DNA from: Eledone cirrhosa
Lineage: Eukaryota
Length of the DNA stretch: 64,000 nucleotides
NCBI GenBank assembly: GCA_964016885.1
Contig: OZ024747.1
Location: 84,568,001-84,632,000 of the forward strand
Direction of reading: 5' to 3'
The translations under genes and the position numbers were made by a program. Positions 22,607-35,869 of this stretch are shown here, one piece after another. How positions within the stretch are numbered: position 1 is the stretch's first letter; each line of letters opens with the position of its first letter. The notes under the pieces are model-generated. The model was not told the origin of the DNA. It saw only the letters and a program-made list of their open reading frames with translations, and did not search any database.

Positions 22607-23537
22607 CATCATCATCATCATCAACATTTTATGTCCACTTTTCCCTGCTTGCAAGGGTTGGATGGGTCCTATTCAGCACAGCATCTCTCCACTTGTCACG
22701 GTCCTTCGTCATCTCCTCGGTGAGTTTCAGCGATCTGAGGTCTGCTCTCACCACCTCCACCCATATCTTACGTGGTCCACCTCTACTGCATCTTCCTTCT
22801 ACTGGGATTTCTTGGCACTTCTTTACCCAGCGGTCATCCTCCATGCGCATCACATGTCCATACCATCTCAGCCTTCTCTCCTGCACACCACAACTTATCC
22901 CTCTTATACCCAGTTTCTTTCTCAACTCGTCTATGCTTGGTCATTCACGCACATTGACATTGCACATCCAACGGAGCATACTTGCTTCATTTCTCTCCGG
23001 CCGTTGCATATCCTCTGCAGTTGCTGCCCATGTCTCACTACCATGCAGCATCGCGCATCTCACACAGGCATCATATAACCGTCCTTTCGTACGCAGGGAG
23101 AAACCCTTCTTTGTCAACAAAGGAAGCAGCTCCCTAAACTTCTTCCAACCCATCCTTATTCTAGATACTATGGCCTTGGAACACCCCCCCCTCCCATGCT
23201 AATCTGATCACCTAGGTACTGGAAGCTATCAACCACTTCTATAGAACCCACCTGTATTGGAAAAATGTGTCTATCACAGCGATTACTACTGCCAACTTTC
23301 CCTGTACATCTACTGCATACATAGTTTTCCCTACCTGTTAGTTTGCCTGCTATCCCACTACATCTCTTGTGTACCCAAGATCTGCATTGTGTACATTTTA
23401 TGGAATTTATGCCAGTTCCTTTCCTACATATCGAACATGGCCATTTCCCTGATGGAATCAGAGTATTGTCCTCTCTTCTACTTATCAACACTTTTGTCTT
23501 AGCTATGCCCACTCTCAGTCCTCTTGATTCCAACTGC
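22607..23537 (-). mobile_element. 5'-truncated RTE-clade LINE (RT thumb with PHD-like finger through 3' end), two frameshifts
   Basis: ORFs 23168-23533, 22941-23153 and 22629-22925 join into GLRVGIAKTKV...CSIC..CTQC..WVHKRC..CSRC...VDSFQYLGD...MLHGSETW...RRLRWYGHVMRM...GGPRKIW...DRDKWR; (GAT)n tail. Confidence 0.92.
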
Positions 23538-23866
23538 TGATTGTCTTATTCAGATTCAGTAAGAACCACGCATTTTCTTCAAAATTTTGCTTGCAGATAT
23601 CTGAAATTAATCACCCAGTTTTGTAAATAGATAATATGATCTTAGATACCTCTGAAGTGATATGGCTAAAGTTGGAATTTCTTTGATCATAAATCTGCTT
23701 GATTGCAGCTGAACAACTTTTGGAAGCTTTATATCCTTACCATTGCCTGAACAGCATTAATTTTTTCATTACCAAATTTCTAATAGAAGACACTACAAAT
23801 GATTTTCAATTCATTTGTAAAATAATCAAGAATTTTGGAGATATTTAGTAATATAGCTAATTTTTT

Positions 23867-24234
23867 TATTTAAAAATATTAATGTGACCTTTTAATGATT
23901 GCTTTAACAATTTGTTCAGAACATGTAGAATATAGCAGGGCGGTGAATTGGCAGTATCGTTAGAGGATCGCACGCCATGCTTATCAGCATAGAGTTACGG
24001 CCCTTTACAGTCTGGGTTCAAATCCCGCCAATGTTAACTTTGCCTTTCATCCTTTCGGGGTTGATAAAATAAAGCACCAGTAATGTACTGGGATAATTGC
24101 TGGCCTTGTGCAAAAAGTAGAAAATTATTTACTACACTAGACAATAGCTGCAACAGAGCTACCAGCTATATTTCACATGTTCTGAACAAATTGTTAAAGC
24201 AATCATTATAAGGTCACATTAATATTTTTAAATA
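23867..24234. repeat. 70-bp inverted duplication (23867-23936 / 24165-24234) enclosing a full-length SINE (23937-24130)
   Basis: tatttaaaaatattaatgtgacctt...catgtagaatatagc vs gctatatttcacatg...aaggtcacattaatatttttaaata. Confidence 0.9.
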
Positions 24235-24874
24235 TTTTCTTCACAAATTCAATGTAAAATTTCAATAATGTTTAAAATTTATTGTGATGATTATAAATAA
24301 GTCATACATTGTTATGACATTCACATATGTTACATAATTATTGAAATGCTGGCAGTGCTGTTAGGCTACAGCTTGTATCTAGTGATATATTTTGCTAATG
24401 GACTTGTGACAGGTGTTTGTTAACTCTAACATGCACTTTTAAAAACAGGAGAGTGAGAGTGATCAAAATATTTCAATGTATCCCTTTTTATTTAAGATGA
24501 TAGGTTGTAAATTGAGGGATATTTGGCTACTATATTTAACATTCTCTGGTATAACAAAGTTAACCAGAAGTTGTTGACAGCAGTTACTCTTTCATATATG
24601 TGAATCTTGAAACAAATTTAAACATTAAATTACAGACCCTTCATGTGAAAAGATAGATATAGGTTCTATAGTCTTATTTATTCACTTTTCTAATTATTTT
24701 TAAACGTCCATATATAGCTAGGAAGCTATGACAAACTAGGAGAGTTAATTAAGAAACAAAATGAGAAAAAAGAAGCAAAAATAAGAAATATGATGAAAAA
24801 CAAGGATAGCTAAAATTTTGTTATTGAATCTTATCACAGCCTCTATGAACTGAAAGATCTTATTAATAGATAAA

Positions 24875-25135
24875 ATAATAATAATGAAATTATTGTGTAC
24901 AGTGCTCAGGTGCACTACAACTCATCAAAGGTGCATGTATAGTACATAGAATAATGTACAAATGTCAGGAAAATGAACAGTGTAGAGTCATGATATAATA
25001 ATAATAACAATAATGAAATATTGTGTACAGTGCCCAGGTGCACCACAACTCATCAAAAAAGTGCATGTACAGTACATAGGGCAATGCACAAACATCAGTA
25101 AAATGAACAGTGCACGAGTCATGATACACACATGT
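24875..25135 (-). mobile_element. Two tandem CR1 3'-UTR fragments
   Basis: Two copies of aataatgaaat..ttgtgtacagtgc.caggtgcac.acaactc.tcaaa, matching 20590-20710. Confidence 0.75.
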
Positions 25136-25904
25136 GAGAAGGTTTGACAATATATTTCACCTGCAATGTTGGTAGGTTTTTAAAGACCACATTCAAGATG
25201 TCCTCTCTCTCTCAGACTATGCACTCCACACAGTATACTGTTCGTATATTCTAAACCACACATACACACCATCTAATAGTCTGGTGAGTATTACTCAATA
25301 ACACACCACAACTCTACTTACACATCAATACACTATATCTTCTCTCTCTCTCACTCTTTCTTCTATTATTACAATAGTTTTTTTATGGCACTAAAATAAA
25401 GTACCAATAATGTACTGGGTAATTGCTGGCCTTGTGCCAAAAGTAGAAACAATTATTACAATAGTTTCTTCTTTTCTGAACTGGTAGTTTTTACAATGGA
25501 ACAAACCATAAAGTTTCTGGATAGTCCCCATAAGAACATAGAGGTGATTTTATGCAATCTGTTCTTGATAAAATATAGTTAAAAGGAATCTGGCCCATTC
25601 ATAGCCAACACATTATTTGTTTATTAATCTTATATGATAAAATTACATCAAAAGATTTTCCAAGAATAAGGAAATAATATTCAGAAACAGTATCTAAACC
25701 TTTTGAGACAGGCATGCAAAAAACTCTTGAACTGGATACCTAAAAATACTGAAACTCTTCAAAAGTTTAAAACTTTTCCTCAAAAATGTTTGTTTCACCC
25801 TTTTGCTGCTATAATTCTTCAAATAATTTTGAAAATAATCAAGAATTTGAAGGGATTTAATAAACTAAATTTCTCATTAATCTGATGTTTGGAACATAAT
25901 TTAA

Positions 25905-26111
25905 CCCTTTAGCATTTACATTTTTCTATATATACAGTAAAGGCTTTACCTCACATAATTATCTCATATAATATTGAATCTATGAGATTTTGATAGTATT
26001 TATTTTGAGAACAATACTTTAACATCAGTATGAGTAGCTGGTTACAGCCGGTTTGAACAGTAAGAGGTGAGGGGATTCTGGCCGGATATGGCCGATTTAA
26101 ATGCTAAAGGG
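25905..26111. mobile_element. piggyBac-like MITE family A (~200 bp); copies also 28752-28965, 53864-54068, 58178-58374, partial ~45885-45965
   Basis: TTAA on both sides; 14-bp TIR ccctttagcattta/taaatgctaaaggg. Confidence 0.85.
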
Positions 26112-26692
26112 TTAACAAAAATTCTTACATAAAATCATGATGGAAAATGTTTAGAAAAAAATAAACCCTTTAAATAAACAGTTTTGTAACATAGAACCAA
26201 CAGCAGATTAAGGTGGTCTGATATTAAAAGTCTTACTTTCTATCTTTGCTAAGTCATACTTGCTATCTTTAGCTTTGGCTGATCAATCTAAACTTGAGGA
26301 AATAGAGAACAAGTGGCACAAAATGTTAACACATGAGAAGAAGAAGGAGGAGGAGGAGGTGCGAGAGAATTCCAGGTTAGAATTTTGAAAAAGTGGTTTC
26401 AAGAGTAACTTCTACTAAAACTCAATTAAGAAATTGGATGAGGTTGGATCTATTTTCTTCAATTTTAAAAACTAAAAATAAAGCTAGAAGAATAAAATAT
26501 TTACTGCCATGATTTTATACTCATAGCAAAACTATTTTGAAATACATCTGTAAATATAAGAAAGAAATTAGTGAAGAAGAGAATAAAATTCCAGATGCAT
26601 TCAAATTTTAATTTTCAAAGGCTAGGATCCTATTGAATATCATATTAAATTACCAATGACGTAAATTAGAACAGACCTACAGGCAATCCTTA

Positions 26693-26885
26693 TATGTGTG
26701 TATGTATGTGTATAGTGTATGTGTGTATATATATATATATATAGATAGATAGATATATGTATATGTATATATATAGATATATATATGTATATATACATTT
26801 ATATGTATATGTATACATATATATAGATATATATATGTATATATACATATATGTATATATATTTATATGTATATGTATATATATC
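26693..26885. repeat. Imperfect (TA)n/(TATG)n microsatellite
   Basis: Directly visible. Confidence 0.95.
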
Positions 26886-27574
26886 TAATTCATTATCAAA
26901 ATTTTCATTTTTATCTACTTTCTAACACAATCTACTGTTAATTGAAAATTGTACGACTTTATCAGAACTTAATCTACCCACCCAGTAAGCATGTGCATGT
27001 GTCTGTCTGTGTGTGTGCATGTGTATGTGTGTGTGTGTGTGCTTGGTTATTAAAATTATTTTTTGTTAGAATAGACAAATATCCTTTTCTGAACTCTTAA
27101 CCCATCTGAGATTATATTATATATCAGCAATAGACTGCCTGTGTTTCAATTATTTCGAAAATAATCAAGAACTTATGACCATATTTCTAATAAAATACAC
27201 TGCATTTGAATTAATTGATGAAGAATTTAGAGGGATTAACTAAAATTATTTGATGGCATGCACTGGGAGCATTTTATTGTGATTCTGGCACTACCACTTA
27301 CAGAGTGGATTGAGTGCTTTTTGTGGTGGCACCAGCACTAGGCCTAAAGATAAGTGTGTTGGACATTCAATCATAATGATGTTGGTTCAAGTCTTGGACT
27401 GGATTGTGTTGTATTCTTGAGCAAAACACTTCATTTCATGTTGCTCCAGTATACTCAGCTGAAAATGAGTACCAGCAATAACCGGGAGTTTAACCCTGTG
27501 GCAGACTGGATACGGAAAACAGGATAAGCACTGGCCTGATGAGCCTCCAGGCTTGAGACAGACTTTAGACCAGT

Positions 27575-28570
27575 ACTACTGCCTTACAGTGCTGACTGAG
27601 TGCTTTTCATTGCCATGGCACAAACAGTACCACCTTACAAGGTGGACTGGGTGATTTTTGTGGTGACACCAGCACTACCACTTTACAGTGCTGACTGAGT
27701 GCTTTTCATTGCCATGGCACAAACAGTACCACCTTACAAGGTGGACTGGGGGATTTTTGTGGTGGCACCAGCACTACGACTTTACAGCAATGACAGTGCT
27801 TTTCATTGCCATGGCACAAACAGTACCACCTTACAAGGTGGACTGGGGGATTTTTGTGGTGACACCAGCACTACCACTTTACAGTGCTGACTGAGTGCTT
27901 TTCATTGCCATGGCACAAACAGTACCACCTTACAAGGTGGACTGGGGGATTTTTGTGGTGGCACCAGCACTACCACTTTACAGTGCTGACTGAGTGCTTT
28001 TCATTGCCATGGCACAAACAGTACCACCTTACAAGGTGGACTGGGGGATTTTTGTGGTGGCACCAGCACTACCACTTTACAGTGCTGACTGAGTGCTTTT
28101 CATTGCCATGGCACAAACAGTACCACCTTACAAGGTGGACTGGGGGATTTTTGTGGTGGCACCAGCACTACCACTTTACAGCAATGATAGTGCTTTTCAT
28201 TGCCATGGCACAAACAGTACCACCTTACAAGGTGGACTGGGTGATTTTTGTGGTGGCACCAGCACTACCACTTTACAGTGCTGACTGAGTGCTTTTCATT
28301 GCCATGGCACAAACAGTACCACCTTACAAGGTGGACTGGGTGATTTTTGTGGTGGTACCAACACTATCACTTTACAGCAATGATAGTGCTTTTCATTGCC
28401 ATGGCACAAACAGTACCACCTTACAAGGTGGACTGGGTGATTTTTGTGGTGGTACCAACACTATCACTTTACAGTGCTGACTGGGTGCTTTTCGTAATCA
28501 TGGCACAAGCAGTACCATCTTACAGGGTGGACTGGGTGCTTTTTATTGTAGCACTAACTTTACTTCATTA
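27575..28570 (+). repeat. Minisatellite, ~10 copies of a 99-bp unit (97-bp variant), itself a diverged ~49-bp dimer
   Basis: gctgactgag recurs at 27591, 27690, 27886, 27985, 28084 and 28280; variant units carry gcaatga(c/t)agtgc. ORF track shows 33-aa periodicity. Confidence 0.97.
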
Positions 28571-29352
28571 CAACACTTGGGTGGTCTGTGTATCAGGCTA
28601 GAAAATCATTAATGGGAGTGGAGGTAACATGAAAAAAAAAATGAGAGGAGTGCAGGCTATATGCTGCATTTCTTTTCCACAATGGGAGAGGAAGCAACAG
28701 GTCATGAAGGTCACCCTGAAGCAATGGGTGATGTCTGACATAAAGAGTTAACCCATTTAAACCAGCTATATCCGGCCAGAATTCTCTCACCTCTTTCTGT
28801 TCAAACTACCTGTAACTGGCTGCTTTTACTGATGTTAAAGTATTGTTCTTGAAATACATAATATCAAATCTCATAGATTCCACATTATTTGAGATAATTA
28901 TGTGAGGTAAAGCCTTTACCATGAAAATACTATAGTAAATATCGAGTAATGTAAATGGTAAAGGGTTAAATGAAATATAGTTGTGAAATTAGGTCCAAAT
29001 CATGGGAATCTGCTTTCTAGCCTATTATGATAAGAGACAATAAAATATATGAAATTCTCTAATATATATGTAAAGTGGTAGTGAAGGTGCCACAATGAAA
29101 AGCATCCAGTCCGCACTAAAAGGTGGTAATGCTGGTGTCATATAAAAAGACCCCTCTCCAGAATCTCAATCAAATACTCTCAGTAAATGCTGTAAAGTAG
29201 TTGGTATTAAGAAAGGCATCTAGCCATAGAATCCAAGGTCCAAAAAGGAGTTTACAAGCAAGATGTCATCACCTAACCAGTCTAGACTAAATATGTAATA
29301 ACCCATCTAATCCAGGCAAGCATGGAAAATAGACATTAAGCAGTGATGATGA

Positions 29353-29390
<38 letters not shown>

Positions 29391-30076
29391 CTTCAAAATA
29401 TTAATAAATATAGACATTCATGTGATCAAATATATTTTATTATACATATTTCAGAGGCACTGAAATATGTATAGTCATGGCAGTCTTAAATTATAACCAT
29501 CAACATAGTCAAGATATGTCAGTATTATAGTTTTTCTGTTAAAATTTGATGCTATTTTCTCACATTGCTTTAGTATACTTGCCTATTTTAATATTGCAAT
29601 GCCTGGAACAAGTATCTTTATACAGGTTCAAGGCAGAACGTGAGGTATAAATATTTAAATGCCTCACCTTGGTTCCCATGGCTGTTAATTAATGCAACAT
29701 TAGACACGAGAAGTATCAAGAGGTCAAGTCATGTTTTACCATTTTTTTCTTCATGTTGATTTGCAACTGAAATTGAAATTAAAATAATGAAGTCTCTTTC
29801 ATTACCATATTTCTAAGTAAAACACTACCTTTGGTTTCAAGTAATTTTGAAAATAATCGAAAATTTGAATGATTTAATAATATAACTTTCTCATTATTAA
29901 TCTGGTGTTTGGGGCATAACTTCACAAAGATTCTGACATAAAATTTTAATGGAAATTTTTAGATAAATATAAACACCTTAAAATAAACAGTTTTGTATTG
30001 TAGAAACACAAGTAGTTTCAATGGGTTTGGTAACAAGAGGGTTAATTATAATAAGTATATAATGATGTACACATTT

Positions 30077-30385
30077 AGGTATAGACATGGCTGTGCGGTT
30101 AAGAAGTTCACTTTATAGTAATTGTGGTTTTGAGTTCACTCTCATTGTGTGGTACCATGGGCAAGTGTTATCTATTATATCCTTAGGTTGACTAATGCCT
30201 TGTAAATGTAATTTGGTAAACAGAAACTGCAAAAGCCCAATATGTGTGTGTGTGTGTGTTTATGGCCCTTAACTTAAACACCAGATTAAAAAATAAATAC
30301 TGGGTTTGATATGATTGATTAAATCCCTTTACAGCAGTGTTCCAGCATGGCCATAGTCTAATGACTAAGACCAGTAAAAGAAGAC
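30077..30385 (+). mobile_element. tRNA-derived SINE (third family) with (TG)n, followed by a SINE 3' fragment
   Basis: catggctgtgcggttaagaagttc...gggcaagtgt...aaacagaaactgc; minus-strand copies ~2240, 3250, 46710, 50440. Confidence 0.7.
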
Positions 30386-33300
30386 ACGAAATGCATTTTC
30401 GGTTTTGTAGTTATGAGTAATTTCTTAATTCCTTTACAACTGACAAAAGCCATTAGTATTCTTTAAGAGTTTAAATTGTTATCAATAACAAATACAATTC
30501 TGTTATCTATTTTTATTTTTTTTTTTAGCAGCAATGTATTTGTTTTGCAAGGTTTTTGATATGAAATCGTGTGTTAAAGCAGATATTGTTATATTTGGAG
30601 AAGGTCATGTCCTAATATTGCCAGAAAAAAAAAAATAGTGAAACACACTCAGTTTGGTTTAGTTTTTGCTTCAGTATATTTTTTTTATTTCTATAAATAA
30701 TTGAGCTGGCAATCAATGTTTATCATTGATTGACGAACAGTTAAAAATATAAATATAAATATAGTTTCTCTAAGTTCTTTTATCACACATATCTGTGACA
30801 TCTTCAGTGATTATCAGGTTTCCCTGTTTCCTCCCGTTATGTTCTTATAATGCTTTTTATTTAATTTTTTCTTTACTGTCGCTTATTGCTCTTGTGTTTG
30901 TGTGTGTACTCTTCTGTTTGGTGTGTACTCGTGTGTATTTGTTTTCATATTTTTTATTAAAATAATAAAATGTTTGTTTTTTCATTTTGCTGGTAAAGTA
31001 ATCGATCACCTAATGTCATGATGTCATATTTCTGCAAATATTCACAGACAAATGTTTAATATTTAAACAACCTCCCACTCCCCCCATAATGTGACCACTG
31101 TCACAAATATGACTGATACCATATTAACATGTCATGAAAATTTTGTACTCAAAACCAATATTTACTATCCTTTCTTTTGCAAACCTGTATATTTGAAATA
31201 CTGTCAACATTATGATAGGAGCTTGCCAGGTAAATATAAATGGTCAAGGATTCTTTCTGTCTTATCATTGATGTCATGCTGTGTCATTAGCAAACAATAT
31301 ATACTCAATGATACAGTCTACCTAGTCAATTGTAAATAGGTACCACTGGAAAAATACTGCTCATCACTATATGTAGCAAGAAGCCAACAAGGAAGCCTCT
31401 ATACTGCCGGTCACCTGCTAGAAATAGTAACCAAATATTCTTCATATCATACCCTACAATCTTGAACAAAGAATATATTAGTCAAAATAAGCAGCAAGTC
31501 AGCAAAATTGTTAGAATGTAAGGTGATACTGCTTATGCCATGGCAATGAAAAGCACCCAATCAACACTATGAAGCAGTAGTGCTGGTCTACAGTCTGTCT
31601 CGAGTCTGGAGACTCTCCGGTTAGGGCTTATCCCAATTTCCATGGTGTGAAGTGACTGAGAGTATAAGACTCTCCCCTGGAGAGGACACCAGTCCACTAC
31701 AGGGTTACATATCACATATATACACCTTATTTTCTAAAATTGAATACTTTGCTTACTGATTCTTCTTATTTATTATATTTATCTCAATCTGATATTTTTC
31801 TTTTATTCTTAATACACTATTTTATATAATATTTTTTTAAATCACTTTATCATTTGTCTGAGATATGTTTGACCCAAAGTATATTTGATCTATGGTACTT
31901 GACATACTACATATAGTCTAAGAAGCAAGTTTTTATAGATAGCAAACTTTAAAGTTTATTTGTATATATACCTGTATGTAGGTGTGTGAAAATGAGATAA
32001 ACAGTACGTACCTTATATTAGTAGTTGCAACTAAAACATTACTATTATATGGGTTTCTAACTTTCATTTCTTTCACCTCCTTCTATGAAAAAGTTCAGTC
32101 TTCATTTTTAGCTTTTTACCAGAGTGCATCAGTTACTAGTATTATCCAAGTGTTCTATATCAAATGATTTATAACCTTAATATATAGAAAGGACAGTCGA
32201 ACACTGGACAAACTACTTTGCTGCATTTAGTTATATCCCATTACATTCCTAGTTAAATTGGCAGAGTCATTAGATCATCAGATTACATACTTGGTCATTT
32301 GTTCCAGCCCACTGAGCTCAAATCTCGTCATGGTTAGCTTTGCCATTCATCCTTTTGGGATCAATAAATAAAATAGTTGTCCAGGAGAGGTGGATTGGCA
32401 GACCTGTTACACAGGATGCTTTGCAGTATTTGATCTGCCTCTGTGCATTCTCAGCAGATAATATCAGCAATAGAAAGTTCAGTTGAAACACTTTTCTCTT
32501 GGTCTAATTTGATAATTGGCTCCTTCACTTTTTTTTCATGACATGACTTTGCTTTCCACCCTTACAGAGTCAATAAAAATAAATGTCCTGTAAAATAATG
32601 GGATCATCTTAACTGACAATATCCTTTTCTCTAAATCTGTGGCCCTGTGCTAATGTAGAAAATCAATATCAAATCTTTTGATCCCAACCTGTCTAAAACC
32701 ACCTCTAAGTTTATGAATGAAAATCACCCATTTTAAAGGTTCCAACATAATTTGATATAAGAAGAATGTTTTGTTAAAGACCATCTTAATAATTCTTTCT
32801 AGCATTGCCCCAAGACCAGCAATTTTGGGAAAAGAGAGAATCAATTATATTGCCCCAGTACTTAACTGGTACTTTATTTTATCAACCCTGGAAGGATGAA
32901 AAGCAAAGTTAACCTCAGTGGGATTTGAACTTAGAATGTAGAAAGTTCTAACTAAATACTTCAAAGCATTTTGTCCAACACTCTATCAATACTGCCAATC
33001 CACCACTCTAGACCATCTTAATAATAAAATAATTAATAATTTTAGGAAATCCATCGAAATCCTTCATTAATTAATTGAAATACTGTTTATTTCATTAGAA
33101 ATATGATCATGAAAGGGTTAATGTAGATCAATCACTCAATCAATGAAGTTCCATAATTGGTGCAATCAGTTATTTTCTAGATATTTTCACAGTCAGCAGT
33201 TGCCACCAGTCTCCATTGTCTGTCATGCACAGAAGGCTGAGAGTGTTGTGACTTGTACAGTCCTTTATGTTGTTGGACCAGTATTGACTTTGTCTGCCTC

Positions 33301-34619
33301 TTCCTTAACTGTGTCCTGGAGAATTGGTTTTGGACAGGGAGTCATGGATATATGACTGTACCTAGTATATATATATATCAATCAAGCCAAAATCAGTTCT
33401 GTATGAGCAAGACATGTCACCTGATGTGGCATTGCCCACAACAGGACAACCCGTCTGACCCATGCTAGCGTGGAAGAATGGACGTAAAACAGTGATGATG
33501 ATGATATATCTATTCAGGTGTTGTTGAAGTGTATGTCTTTTCATATATGCAACTGGTACAAATTCCACAGACCTTATTCTAATTTTCTACTTCATAAAAA
33601 TGAATGCCAAAATACCACCAACAAACGACACCACAAAATTCAACGTGGGTCATTGACAATGGAAAGAATTAACGTCACGTGATGAACCTTTCGTCTGTAC
33701 TTGTTTCTAACTGAATGGTTCCTCTACCACCAACGTCATCTAAATAACTTACACTTCTATCATCACTATCTAAATAACTTCTATCACCACCATCTATATT
33801 ATAACTTTAAATTTCCCCTCTCCCTTTACCTTCTAATATTATTTTTTCTCTCCTTTTCCCTGTTTATATCATATTTTGTCTGTCACTTTTTTCTCATTAA
33901 CTAACCATTTTTTTCTTTTCTTTTGCTAATCACCTTTTTTTCTTCTCTCTTTCGTATGTATTCTCTCTCTTGGACATTATTTTTCATTTCTCATTTTATT
34001 TCTCCACTTTCTTCCTTTTTCCTTTGCTCACTATTTTTTTCACCCTCTTTTCATTTGATTATTTTTCTTAAATCTTACTTTCTTCCCCTCTCCGCTCCCA
34101 CGCTCTTTATTTTTTTAAATTTTTGTCAAGATGGGTACTTTGTTCAATCGCCCCACTGATTTTTTTCCGTGTGCAACATTGCTGTATATGTATATACGCA
34201 CACATAAACACCCTTGGCTACTCGGTATATATATATATTCGGTATATATATATATATATTTCAAGGGCAGTGCCCCAGCATGGCCTCAGCCGGATGGCTG
34301 AAACAGCTAAAAGGGTAAAAGAGTATAAGCTGTGCTCCGCGGAAAGAATAACAAAAGAATTGTCGAAGAGAAAAGCCAGCGAAACCCGCTGCATCACCCA
34401 TCCCTAACTGATAGGGCTCCTTCAGCAGGTATGATTCAGGGCCGTATTATTCATTAGGTTGACTAGGCTGGAGATTGGGGACCCGACCATGGGTTATTAC
34501 GGCCTAAGATGTCTTCGTGTTACTTTTTTTTTAGTGGTGGGGTGTAGTCCGGAGACCAAAGACACCGGAGTTTTCGATGGCGACTGGCACAAGTAAACGA
34601 TCAAAGCCAGTTTTTTTTT

Positions 34620-35300
34620 CCTTTCTGTAGTGTTTTACTTTAACTATTTGTTTTTCTTTTTATCTTGTACTACTCTTCTCTGAATTCCTTTTTTATTTCG
34701 TTTTATTCCATATCGCCCCTCTGTCTCTACCTAGCTATAAGACAAAGAAAAAAAAAGAATATATAGTTTTTACTTTCTAGGAATCGATCTACTTTTTCTC
34801 TTGATTTATCCTTTTTCCACTATCCTTTTCTCTTTTTTTAAATTTTCTATCTTTCTTTTTCCCTTTTCACTCATTGTTATCTATCTATCTATCTATCCCT
34901 CTTTCTTTTATACCCTTTTTACTCGGTTTTATGTAAACTCCCCCTTTGTATTTGTCCCTTCTTTTTATGCCTTTATGGTAAATAAAGAAATATATCTATC
35001 CCTCTTTCTCTACCTACCCCATGGTCTCTTCTTTCTTCCCTTTTTTACTATCTATCTATCTCCAGCTACCTCATCATCCCTCTCTATCCCCCTATTACTC
35101 TGTCTTTACTAGCTACACTCTTTTCCTTCCTCCTATTACTCCGTCTTAACTATCTATCTCATCGTCTTTCTCTCTCCTCCTATTACTCCCTCTTTACTAT
35201 CTATGTTATCGTCTTTCTCGCTCACTCTCCTCCTATTACTCCCTCTTAGAATTTTACAATCCCCAACTACCTCATCGTTTCCTTCCTCCTTCCATTCATC
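34620..35300 (+). repeat. Polypyrimidine low-complexity tract with four diverged ~45-bp units (cctattactc core)
   Basis: cctattactc recurs at ~35091, 35132, 35178 and 35232. Confidence 0.75.
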
Positions 35301-35831
35301 ACACAACACAAGCACATATCCTAAGTGCTACCACCACCAACATCAGCCAGCCATTCACTGCAAAATGTTTCCTGGTATGACTACAAACTAGAATCATATG
35401 ATATGATTTTCTCTTGAATCCCTTTGCCAGTTATTTTTTTTTTAAATTTGGTGTCGTCTTGTTAAAAACCTATGGTCGTATCTTTTCGCCCTTCCGACCA
35501 TCTCCACCAATCAAACCAAACCGTCCATGTCGAATTGACGTGAAAATTGTTTCATCTTTCACTGTCTCTCTCATACGACCTCTTCCTAATAGTTTCCATT
35601 GTGACATGTTACCAATTATAGTTTCCTTTCTTATTGTTGTCGGTCGAAAACCACTATGCTCAACTACACTAATTAAAACACATCAGCTGAAAGAAGGCAC
35701 TTATTAGTTTGTATATACATAGCTGCTATATTATTTTGTATATACACATAGATATATACAGTATAAATGACTATATAAATATACATATGTATCATCATAA
35801 TATACTGGAAAACAGTCGAGTAACAGGAACT

Positions 35832-35869
35832 ATGGAGAATAACACATCTATCCGGATATACTGTAATCG
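35832..35869 (+). CDS. Gene 2 candidate first coding exon (MENNTSIRIYCN-R, ends phase 2)
   Basis: actATGG start context; donor CG|gtaggt; lies downstream of a CpG-enriched region (33.6-35.7 kb); phase matches the next exon. Confidence 0.4.

Noticed and set aside
22551-23540. Plus-strand ORFs of 175 and 200 aa
   Set aside because: Antisense shadows of the minus-strand RTE ORF2.
27688-28601. Repeating 33-aa ORFs and CRISPR-like look of the array
   Set aside because: Units are near-identical with no unique spacers, 97-bp variants break the frame, and there are no cas genes. It is a eukaryotic minisatellite.
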